Notes under the pieces: model-generated | Database searches by the model: none | What the model was told of the DNA's origin: nothing | The model's input: the letters and a program-made list of their open reading frames with translations, nothing else | Shown: positions 41,002 to 52,859 of the stretch, piece after piece | Layout of the letters: each line of letters opens with the position of its first letter | Numbering within the stretch: position 1 is the first letter of the stretch | NCBI RefSeq assembly: GCF_006345805.1 | Contig: NC_042997.1 | Location: 158,100,001-158,164,000 of the forward strand | Origin: Octopus sinensis | Lineage: Eukaryota | DNA length: 64,000 bases | Direction: 5' to 3' | Position numbers and translations under genes: made by a program

Positions 41002-41401
41002 TACATATACATATATATACTCATGTACATATATATACACACATATACATATACATATATATATATGCATATATATATATGTACATATATATGTATATAC
41101 ATATATGTATATAAATATGCATATACTTATATGTACATATATATGTATATATGTACACACACATATATATATATATAAATAAATATATATATGTATATAC
41201 ATATATGTATGTACTTATATGTATATACATATAATAAATATTAGGGAATAAATCCAAATTTACAGGGAAAAAATCAGATTTAGGATGAAATCCAATTTTA
41301 TAGTAAAATATTATAAAATATTATTAGAGACAAAACCACTATTTTGCAAAACAAACAAGGAAAGACTTAATCAATATATACATATATACATATATATATA
41401 C

Positions 41402-41489
<88 letters not shown>

Positions 41490-41716
41490 AATACGCTCAC
41501 ACACATAGACACACACATATATAGATACAAACAGATACAAACATACTTACGTACACGTATGCTTAGGTAGACAATCGTGTTTATACATAAGCATTCAAGC
41601 TGTATAATAAAAATACAATTAAATAATCAAACACATACGTAATTCTGAATTTGAAAGTCTTTTCCCCCCGAAACTCAATTTCTTCTAATACAAATAAACA
41701 CAGCTATACACACATA

Positions 41717-41796
<80 letters not shown>

Positions 41797-42369
41797 TATA
41801 TATATAATTATATCAATGTAGAATTAATGCATATGCCTCAACAAACGACTAGGCACGAGATAATATAATTCAATAATTGAGTTTTCTGACCGCACCATAT
41901 TTTATCTACTATTCAGAGAAAATGGAGTCAGTACAGTAAAATTGTGTCTGGACGGTAAATACGTACGTTAAACATGGTAAATACCAATTAAATTTTACAT
42001 TGAAAATTATATTTTAAATCGGAAACTTATATCTCAGACAACGAAAGGCAGAAGTCAATATTTGTTAAGCTTTCAGTAGCGTATTTGGATTTTCTATTCG
42101 ATTCGTCTACATACTGAAAGAATTTATCTCATGGGATGTGGTATCTTAGATGTTGTAAACGTTGAATATGATATGAATATCATATGTTCGTGGTTGTTCC
42201 GGTGTATTTTCTGGATAGCAGAAGCAGTTTTATGCCAAAATATATATTCCTCATATTCTCCACCCTCCAGGGTTAAAAGAGCTAATTTCGCAGGCATATC
42301 CCCGACTCTACCATGATGTTTTTACCATTTAAATACTTGATTTTTTGAGTCTTGAAAATTTATATATAA

Positions 42370-42668
42370 GTGTTGAATATTGTTCACCCAATTCTTTTCA
42401 GGGGCCCGCAGCTTTTTAATATTCTCCCAAAGAGCCTGAGAATCCTGAACAAAGTAGATGTAGGCGTTTTTAAATCAAAGCTAGACCTCCTCCTGTCGAG
42501 TGTCCCAGATGAACCTACCTCATGGCAAGAGGTGCAAATGAGGGTAGCTACATCAAACTCCATTCTTCACCAAATGCCACATAATTAGAGGAGGCTCTCA
42601 GTAATAACAGTGTAGCAAAACGGCGGTGTATCAGCATGGCCGCAGCTCTGAGCTGAAACTAGAGAGAG
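42370..42668 (+). mobile_element. 3' end of a CR1/L2-group LINE (ORF2 C-terminus and tail)
   Basis: FRGPQLFNILPKSLR...FKSKLDLLLSSVPDEP...SNSILHQM*, then ggcggtg..cagcatggccgcagctctgagctgaaact and a (GA)n tail. Confidence 0.8.
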
Positions 42669-43429
42669 AAAAAATGATATTGCGAATTCTCTGTGAAATG
42701 TATACAAGTATAGCAGTCATTAATGATGGCGAGAGATTAATTACTTCCCTATTCGGAAAATCACTTTTAAATTTCAATATCATCGAGTGCACGCTCGTTT
42801 TGAAATCTATTTTTATATTTCTTTCTAAACATTTTTGGAATCTGACTAAAAAGAAAAAAAGATGACGACAAAAAATATCTCATGCATAAAGCATGAGCTA
42901 ATCATCCAAAAGCATACATGATAAATTGGGGGAAATATTTCAGAAATCAGTCTGTGGAAGTTGTAATTATTTCTCATTTCCTCTGTAAAATATTTATCAG
43001 ACATGAAAATCACTCTAACTGTTTCCCTTTCCTTTGCATTCAATCATTGTTGAACAACATTAATTATGGATAATGAAGTAAATAAAATGTTTGGCACCTG
43101 TTATGACAACAACCACTCATATAATTTATTTGTTAGTTAAATTATACCTAAAACATACCTGCTCAGCTCACTCGGCTCTATGAATCTATAAATAAAGTGT
43201 TTGATTACCAACATGGCTTATTGTTTTAGTGGGTTTCGGGATCTAATAAGGAAAATTACGTCTGAGAAATTTTTATCCATACGGTTATTGATTATTTCGG
43301 ATGCTATATTGGTCTACTTTATAGAGAATACTGTTTTATGAGTATTACAAGGTGATTGCCAATTTAGTATAGCTTCTTTAACTATTGTTGATGATGACTC
43401 AAAAACACACAAGTATTGTTTTTTACCTT

Positions 43430-43666
43430 ATTATTTATTTCTTTACTACCCACAAGAGGCTACACACAGAATGGACAAGCAAGGACAGACAAACGGAGTA
43501 AGTCGATTACATCGACCCCAGTGCGTAACTGGTACTTATTTAATCGCCTCCGAAAGGATGAAAGGCAAAGTCGACCTCGGCGGAATTTGAACCCAGAACG
43601 TAGCGGCAGACGAAATACCGCAAAGCATTTCGCCCGGCGTGCTAACGTTTCTGTCAGCTCGCCGCC
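43430..43666 (-). mobile_element. Full-length SINE family B
   Basis: Colinear with unit 38964-39194 from tail to head. Confidence 0.9.
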
Positions 43667-44629
43667 TTTTTTACTTCATTATTCGTTACTTATACTGTAC
43701 TATATTATTTCCGTTTGATCAGAGAAATTACATATTATCCACAGGGGATAATGTAACTGGTTGAATCGATTTAATATATGACTGTTTGTGAATGTATAAA
43801 CTGCGAGTAGATCGAGTCTAACGGTTAACAATAAAAACACAGGAAATAAGAACTGCATTTATTATTATTATTCCATTTTCATTCTACGCTAACATTCTTA
43901 TAAAAATTCTGTATTATTATTAGTCTCGTCCAGATTTCCGTCGCCAATTTGAGCAAACACACGCACACATACACATACACACACACGCACACATACACGC
44001 TCACACGCACGCATACACACAGAAACGCACGCATAAGCTTACGATAATTCTTTTAATATAACAAAAATTGATAGTCAACTATCTTGTTTGAGCTTACATG
44101 TTTACTGGTCCAGAAAACTAGAAGATTCGTTTATCGTAATTTTGAAAAATGAAAGACGTATAAAATTATTCGCATTATTTATGGGATGACCAAATATATT
44201 TTTGACTATGTATACAAGTATACAATATATATTCCCTTATTCAAGATAATACGTTAGAAATTTAGTTCAATTAATAGGAAGTAGTATTTTGAATCGGTAT
44301 TCTGTAGATGAATGAACGTGTCTTGTAAAACAACCACACATATCTAGGATAGTTTTTTAAACCAGATCCTACGTAGTACACGTTTCCTTTTGTAAGATCA
44401 AGTATTTACGATAAAGCGACTAATAAAGAAATAGACTACCAAATAAATCACTCGAATATTCTAATATCCACTACCGTTATTTTCGTCAGGTGCTTCTCTC
44501 AAAAGTTAAAAGATATGATACAGAAGTGAAACATAATCGTTAATACCTATCCCTGCTTCTCTTTATACAGACACACAAAACTCACAAACAGATAAGACAG
44601 AAATTTGAAAAGTGAATAAAAGCAGAGAG

Positions 44630-44667
44630 AAAGAGAGAGAGAGAAATAAAGAAAGAAAGAGAGAGAG

Positions 44668-44722
<55 letters not shown>

Positions 44723-44740
44723 AGATAGAAAGAGAGAGAT
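44630..44740. repeat. (AAAG)n/(AG)n microsatellite
   Basis: Directly visible. Confidence 0.95.
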
Positions 44741-45484
44741 AAAGCAAAGGAATAGAAAACAAGAAAGAGAAAAATAAAAAAAAGATAATAGGAGAAATAA
44801 TTTTATTGAAATAGCTATATGATATATCTGCAAGATTTATTGATTTTAATGCTAACTTGGCCTTTCACTTAAAGTAGGAAAAAGAATTAAACTGAAATGT
44901 AACAATATAAGGAATTCAGCTCTAGAAGAAAACTTTAAATGAAATAGTGAGGAATATAGCCGCAGTAACAGCAACAGAATAACAACTGCATGAATTATTT
45001 AAAAAAGCAGTTAATGAAAATACGAGATATACACGACAGTATCTTACAGAAAAATAGATTTTATAAGTTCACAGCTTCTAAACCAGATGACGGATTTTTT
45101 TAAAAGTGAAACACGCAGTCATTTTGAGAGCTATTTAATAGTTTTGTATGTGTATACACTCATAGCATTATCATTTCAGTGCCTCCATTTGTACGTACGT
45201 ATGTATGTATGTATGTATGTATGTATGTATGTATGTATGTATGTATGTATGTATGTATGTATGTATGTACGTGCGTACGTACGTATGTATGCATGCATAC
45301 ATACATATGTATGTATGTGTGTATGTATGCATGTATGTAAATATGTGAGTATGCATGTATGTATGTATACATACATACATGTATGTATGTATTTATGTAT
45401 GCATGTATGCATATGTTTATATGAGTATAATCATAGGTGCATATATACGGGCTTAAATATGCGCGTATATATACATTCATGCAA

Positions 45485-45523
<39 letters not shown>

Positions 45524-46461
45524 TATTTATATATATATATATATATATATACATACATATATATATATAAAAGTTATTTGTTAATACAAATTCGGCATGT
45601 GTTGCTTTCCATTACTTAATAACTGAAAAAGTTTATCGTAAATAAACATACGATATGATGCATACTGAGTGTAAAACCAGACGGGAGATAATCGCAGAAG
45701 GTCCTTAGTTCGTCGTCAGTTACCAACCGATTGCTAATACACAGTTTCACACCTAGCCTTTCGCCTTTTTTTCTTCCTTCATGTCTTCACCTTTATGTCT
45801 CTGTAACTCCCCCTCCCGCTGTCTTGCTGTCTTTCTCCTCTGTCTGCTGCTGTCACGTGACCTGCGGCGAGCTTCCCCTTCAGTTCCGCTCTTACATTCG
45901 CCTCGATCTGAGCAGTCGCAAATTCCCTGCCTCTCTGTCCTTCAAGATATTTTCTAAGTGTTATTCACTTTTCTGGTCTTCCAGGCTCTAAGACTACAAT
46001 TTGATCACTTTGCTTTGTATGTTTTGTTTACTCTCGGCGCCGAATTCTCCACAAATTGTGAAGCTCTCAGTCTCATCATTGAAGGTAGGAATCTGTATTA
46101 GCAATTGCTTAATAACTAATGAAAAATTAGGGACCTTCTGTGTTTGTCACTCGTCTCGTTTTACACTCAGTATATGTTATGTTGTATGATTATTTACCAT
46201 ACATTTTTTCATTGTAAGGTGAGGAGAAAACTTTTTACTTTGTTACCTGTTCAAATCTCAGCGATGACTTCAATCTTTGGTTTCCTACAAATGCATTACA
46301 AACAAGCAAATAAACATACATGCATATGTATATATATATGTATAGACAGACAGAGATGGGGTGGGAGATAGAAATAATGATACAAATAAACAAATACACA
46401 AACAAGACTTGATGAATAAACTATACATACATACATACGTACACACACGTGCACATACATT

Positions 46462-46490
<29 letters not shown>

Positions 46491-46498
<8 letters not shown>

Positions 46499-47409
46499 TT
46501 AATAAGGGTGAGAGAATTAGATACTAATTTAATAGTATACCTATTCAACACCAAGTGGCCCAGTGCCCCGAGAAACCTGGATTATTATAATATTTTATAA
46601 TATATTATAATATTTTATACAAAAATAAATATAAGAGAGTGGTCACTATGTGGCTCACTCTAGCACTAGTAAATCCAAAAGGTTTCAACCACAAAAATAC
46701 ATGTTTCCCATGAAAGTCAGTACGATTGTTAGCTCACACGAACAGGGCAAATAAAAATAACAAAAATACAGATTATTTTGGGACAATTGTTTCGCTATTA
46801 ATGAATTAAATGTAATTTTACTCACAAAAAACTCACTTGTAGCTCCTCAGCCAAAACTATCTGGATGAAATCCACTCAATCACACGCCAGATTTTACCAT
46901 AACGATAAATACACGTGTGGTTCAATTGATTACATCCGACGTTATAATTCAAATGCCCCTACCAACAGCGCGCCAAACTTTCACGGAAACAAATACTACA
47001 CTTAGAAATAAATGTAGCATAATTATAATTAATTAATAAGGGTGAGAGAATTAGATACTAATTTAATAGTATACCTATTCAACACCAAGTGGCCCAGTGC
47101 CCCAAGAAACCTGGATTATTATAATATTTTATAATATATTATAATATTTTATACAAAAATAAATATAAGAGAGTGGTCACTATGTGGCTCACTCTAGCAC
47201 TAGTAAATCCAAAAGGTTTCAACCACAAAAATACATGTTATATATATATATATAATAAATATAACAGAGTGGTCACTATGTGGCTCACCCTTATTAATTA
47301 ATTATAATTATGCTACATTTATTTCTAAGTGTAGTATTTGTTTCCGTGAAAGTTTGGCGCGCTGTTGGTAGGGGCATTTGAATTATAACGTCGGATGTAA
47401 TCAATTGAA

Positions 47410-47412
<3 letters not shown>
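46491..47412 (-). mobile_element. Young non-coding Penelope-pLTR-like or retrozyme-like element: 534-bp unit, partial tandem copy and inverted terminal segment
   Basis: 46491-46705 equals 47025-47239 (1 mismatch in 215 bp). 46918-47046 is the exact reverse complement of 47284-47412 (129 bp). Contains a hammerhead motif; flanked by (TA)n. Confidence 0.75.
46776..46856 (-). ncRNA. Type-I minimal hammerhead ribozyme with a canonical core
   Basis: Minus strand ttttgg-CTGAGGA-gcta[42-nt loop]tagc-GAAA-c-aatt-GTC-ccaaaa. 6-bp stem I, G-C-closed stem II, palindromic stem III, GUC cleavage triplet. Confidence 0.82.
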
Positions 47413-47445
<33 letters not shown>

Positions 47446-47448
<3 letters not shown>

Positions 47449-47999
47449 AATTTCTGATAATTTCTGATAATTTCTTTTAAAGATTTTATCCTCAATTGTT
47501 AATTTATATTTTTCACCGGAATAGTTCAATACTGAATTTTTATTCCGACTGGGCAATTTGTTACCGTAATGCATTGCGAAAAAGCCCGCCATTTTCATAG
47601 ATATGTAAGGATAAACATTCGTACAAGCTACGACGAATTCTACGGTTGGCTATCGAGTTTGTAATGTTATGTTTTTTCTTATATTTCTTGAGTTTGTTGC
47701 ACTGACGAACATGAAATGCATATTCTGCATTAAATGCGAAATCACATGTGATATGTAACTGAATTCTTTTTTAAAATGATGTGTTTTGAAGTTTTGCATT
47801 CGGTAAATTTTTTTTAATTTTTAGTAGTTTTGACAGCATTGGTCCCTATTAGCGTGTTGGTATCTACGAATAGTAGTACCCTCAATATAATATAAATGAA
47901 TATTTTCAAAGAGGAAGAATTTACGGATTTTTTCTCTTACGAGGTTTTTCACGCTGACTACTGATAATTTCTTTTAAAGATTTTATCCTCAATTGTTAA
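47446..47999 (+). mobile_element. Small retrozyme-like or pLTR-like unit (497-bp period) with 39-bp terminal direct repeats
   Basis: 47464-47502 is identical to 47961-47999. One hammerhead motif inside; (TA)n on both sides; short (CTGATAATTT) stutter at the left end. Confidence 0.6.
47697..47758 (+). ncRNA. Type-I hammerhead ribozyme motif (A-C mismatch closing stem II)
   Basis: ttgca-CTGACGA-acat[gaaatgcatattctgcattaa]atgc-GAAA-tcacatgtga-TA-tgtaa. Perfect palindrome ATCACATGTGAT forms stem III; AUA cleavage triplet ending at 47753. Confidence 0.7.
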
Positions 48000-48003
48000 A
48001 ATA

Positions 48004-48160
<157 letters not shown>

Positions 48161-49418
48161 GCGGTTTCACATGAAATATCGCATTTGAAAGGTAACAATA
48201 AAATGTTTCAGAAGTGTTAGAGAACTGATTTATTTAATCAAAGTATGATCCACGTTCATTTATGACGTTTACCCAACGTTTCTCTGTCATACTCCATCTT
48301 AAAAAAAAGAATTCATCTTTTCTTATCATTAACTGTCCGAATGCGTCTTGAATTTTTTTATTATCGGTCTTCAGCCAACAGGTAGTACCTTTGAATCTTA
48401 TATGCAGAACAAAGATATGTATACATACCACGCTGAAAAGAATGAGGCAGAAAAATAAAGACTCCATTTCAAGACGTATCAATGTGTAAATATTAACAAA
48501 CAGTTTTATGGAAAATATTCTACACATAAATCTTTCAATATGAATTTATAAAAATTCGCAAATATGTGGAAAAATACTGAATAACATAAGGAAATATTTT
48601 CAGGGAAAATCGTAGCTATATGATAATTTGGTCATTGTGAAAAATTATGTGAGGAATAAAGAGTAAAGTAGTTCAAAAGCTGGGTGTGGTTAATGATTGA
48701 AGGTATAAAAATATTTGTAATGTGCATATACTATATATTATTTTTATTTACGTATTTCAGGAATATGCTTAATGTTTCTTGGAGTGACGCTTGCGCTTCT
48801 TGGATATCAAGTGAAGAATAGGGAATAGGTATTAATGGTATTCTTAATTTTTAAGTTGGTAAAATTGAGTTCGTCACGTATGTTACCTTTTAGCATATAC
48901 GAATTCGAATAGAGATAAAACATATACAAATCAGAAAATACGAATCGATAAGCGAACGCAAACACATATACCTGGTTATATGTAGTTACTTACACTTGCA
49001 TACAAGTCAGTACACACACACACACACACGCACACACACACAAGAATATCACATATCAAATGAAATAACTATTTCCATTTCTTAACATATGAAGGCAAAT
49101 AACAATTTGTCAATACCATATGCATATTCGTTTGAAACTTCTCACACTCACAATACACATACGTAAATAAAGCAAACGGAAAAGAAATGTGACAAAAGAA
49201 GCAGAAACAGCACAGAGAAAGTCACAATCTTGGTTAGGAAAAAAGGTAAGAGGGAAAAAAAAACGGTTTCTTTAAATATCATGAATAATAGTAATTATAA
49301 AATGGAATTAAACAGTATTTTTAAGGCGTTTTTTTTTACAATATATGAACTCGACACAATAATATATGTGTGTATAAACACATACATACATATATATATA
49401 TGTATATAAATATGTATG

Positions 49419-49838
49419 TTCTCTTTTCTCTTTTCTCTTTTACTTGTTTCAGTCATTTGACTGCGGCCATGCTGGAGCACCGCCTTTAATCGAGCAACTC
49501 GACCCCGGGACTTATTCTTTGTAAGCCCAGTACTTATTCTATCGGTCTCTTTTTTGCCGAACCGCTAAGTGACGGGGACGTAAACACACCAGCATCGGTT
49601 GTCAAGCGATGCTAGGGGGACAAACACAGACACACAAACACACACACATATATATATATATATATACATATATACGACAGGCTTCTTTCAGTTTCCGTCT
49701 ACCAAATCCACTCACAAGGCATTGGTCGGCCCGGGGCTATAGCAGAAGACACTTGCCCAAGATGCCACGCAGTGGGACTGAACCCGGAACCATGTGGTTG
49801 GTTAGTAAGCTACTTACCACACAGCCACTCCTGCGCCT
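49419..49838 (-). mobile_element. Full-length SINE family A with a (AAAAGAG)n tail
   Basis: Reverse-complement colinear with 18081-18540. Confidence 0.92.
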
Positions 49839-50540
49839 ATATGTATTATATATTTATATATATTTATGGATATATGAAATTTCAGTGATTACAAGTTATA
49901 CAAATAGGGAGGCGATCCGTAGTATACATTTAATATAGAATAAAGTGTTGTGTAAAGAAACACACTAGCACAAACCGTTTCTGCTATAATGCAATAATAA
50001 AGATAAAATAAATTCAAAACAACTGAAGTCCACCAACGCACACCTGTGTTCGCAGCAACAGAAGAAATTAAAATAAAGAAATTATGCTAACAGCGGCAAC
50101 AGGCGAAGTAAATATATAAAACTCGTAAGTTAAAAGTACACATGCTTGCTATAGAGATGTAGCAATCGTAAAATCAGAGTTTAAAAAACAAGATTCCACG
50201 CATCAAAAAACACAGCTATTCACACGCCTACAGATCGATGGGGTAAAAAATATCTTTGGAAACACATAACATATTTCTAAAATATGTGTTTCAGAAAAGA
50301 CATAAATTGGAAGAAAACAGAAGTGAAATATCGAGTAACAAGAAAAGTTGAGGATATATATAGGCTTTCTTAATTATGACTACCTGAAAATATCTATCTA
50401 TGTATCTATATAACCAAATATATATGTATGTATACACAAACAAATGACAGAAAAATGATGAGCTAACCACTGTCAGAATTGAACCTACAAACCAACGCTA
50501 ACATGGGACATTGTGCATGCATTTATATATGCGTATTATA

Positions 50541-50775
50541 TGCTTCTTTACTACCCACAAGGGGCTAAACATAGAGGGGACAAACAAGAACAGACAAACG
50601 AATTTAAGTCCATTATATCGACCCCAGTGCGTAACTGGTACTTAATTTATCGACCTCGAAAGGATGAAAGGCAAAGTCGACCTCGGCGGAATTTGAACTC
50701 GGAACGTAACGGTAGACGAAATACGGCTACGCATTTCGCCCGGTGTGCTAACGGTTCTGCCAGCTCGCCGCCTTA
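50541..50775 (-). mobile_element. Full-length SINE family B with a 14-bp target-site duplication
   Basis: TSD atatgcgtattata at 50527-50540 and 50776-50789. Confidence 0.93.
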
Positions 50776-51169
50776 ATATGCGTATTATACTGACTCTTCC
50801 ATAGTAGCTTTCTCTCCGTAACCTACAAAGCCATTTACGTTTGTTTACAAATATTACATGTAGTATTAGACACTTAAAGCATATATTAACAAAGTTTGGC
50901 TGAAATTGACGGGTGAGCGTTTGGCCCAACCGTGTTAGCGTTGGTTTGTGGGTTCGATTCTGGCTGGGGTTAGCTAATCATTTTTCAGTCCTTTGTTTGT
51001 ATTTAAAAATTGTCGCTTCAGATCGTAGAATAAAATATTATTATATGTTATTATTTTACGAGTCTTTCATGGCTTACAAAACCCTTTGCGTTTATAAATA
51101 TATGTTATATATATATATATATATATATATAAAGTGAATGATACAGTGAACCTGCAGTAAGAAGTGGTA

Positions 51170-52320
51170 TATCCAACGTTTCGGATTCAATCCTTCGTCA
51201 AGGGGTTGAGAAAAAGAGAAGTTGAAGAACGGCAAACATAGTTTACATCAACTCAGCTTGAAAAACCGGCTGCAACTGAAAATGGACGCAAAACAACAGG
51301 GGCTACTAACGTGAAAAAGAAGTTACAGGAGAGAGCGTGCAAAAGGAAAAGGTGATGAAGAGGTAAGTAAATGGGGAAATGTTGCAGAGAGAGGCTGGAA
51401 GGAGGATTTAAAGGGTAAAAAACAATTAAGAGGAGGTGGAAGGATGAAAGGAAAAACGTTAATTCATACGTGTCGGGGTCATAGTGCCAAGATTAAATAT
51501 GAAACATTGCTCCTTTTGTTTCCTAGAGAATAGAGGTCCGTGGAGCAAGGCCATGCCACACACTAAAAAATCTGCAGTAGAATGATTCACAGTGTTGAAG
51601 TGGGTGGCGATAGGTTGGCCTGGCACAAGTAGCATTATGCTTCTGACGTGTTTGTGAAAGCGCTCCCCAAGGCTCCACCCTGTTTCTTCAATGTAAAGAG
51701 CACCACAAAGTTTGCATGTAATGCAATATATGAGATTCACCGTGAAGTACAACAGAAGTGGTGTGTTATGTGAAACTGATTTTGGGGCCCCAAAGTCTCT
51801 TTTTGTAGATGTAGGGGCATGTATTACATCGCCGGCGAGAACATTTAAAGGTTCCTGGTTGTGCTGATCTGAGAGCTGTGAAGTTTCTAACAGGAGATTT
51901 GTAAGACTTCTATCCTTTTCAAAAGACAGGAGCGGTGGCGTGGGGAAGGTAGGGACGGTTGTTGGGTCAGAAAGAAGAATGCGAAAGTAGAGGCAGGATG
52001 GTCGGGCGGTAGGTGAGAGAGAGAGAGTGGACTATGGATGGTGGAAGTGCGTGAATAGGGTTGGTGAGCTGAGCTTCTGTGCGGTTGATGGCTCGGGCTT
52101 GGTGGAGTGCCGGGTCGACAACTGATGTAGGATACCATTGATTTAGAGAAAGACTGTAGCATCGTTTTGCAATGGGATTCGAAATCCGAATAGATGCTGC
52201 AAGACGTCGAAGGCGAAGAAATTGAGAGAAAGGGATGACAGATTTAATGTGTTTGGGGTGAGAGGAAGAGTAGTGAAAGTAGAAGTGGGAGTCAGTAGGT
52301 TTATAGTAGACACAGGTGGA
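51170..52320 (-). mobile_element. 3' part of a Penelope-like element: RT C-terminus, GIY-YIG endonuclease and 3' UTR
   Basis: SVYYKPTDSHFYFHYSSSHPKHIKSVIPFSQFLRLRRL (52200-52315). ORF 51459-51752 NLIYCITCKLCGALYIEETG...RFHKH...HFN...EQCFIFNLGTMTP..MN is a PLE GIY-YIG domain (catalytic-region G mutated to E). Confidence 0.9.
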
Positions 52321-52728
52321 GAGGTGGGTAGTGTGTATTTTGACGGAGATATTCAGAAAGCAAACAGAAGTATCAGGTATGGTGTTTATGTATAAGTATA
52401 CATATATATTTATTTATATGTACGTATATGTATGTAAATTTATGAATTTGTGTTGCAATATTCCTGATGTGAAACTGTGTGTTGAAACAGATAGTATTGC
52501 ATTTCGGGATGGTAATTTGTTTTTCAAACACATACACTATATATTCGTTCTACACTCGGTTATTACTGTTCTAATTCCACCACATGTCAATTGTCCGGAA
52601 ATCTTTTGTCATTCATCTGTGATCTCTTCAGCGACACTTTCCGTCTTCGTGTGTGCTCTTACTCTGCTAATTCCATTCTGTTCTTCTATAACGTGTATCC
52701 TTATATGCGCATACGTTTGCGTCTGTGT

Positions 52729-52729
<1 letters not shown>

Positions 52730-52771
<42 letters not shown>

Positions 52772-52793
52772 TATGTGTGTGTGTGTGTGTGTG

Positions 52794-52856
<63 letters not shown>
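52730..52856. repeat. (TG)n microsatellite
   Basis: Directly visible. Confidence 0.97.
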
Positions 52857-52859
<3 letters not shown>

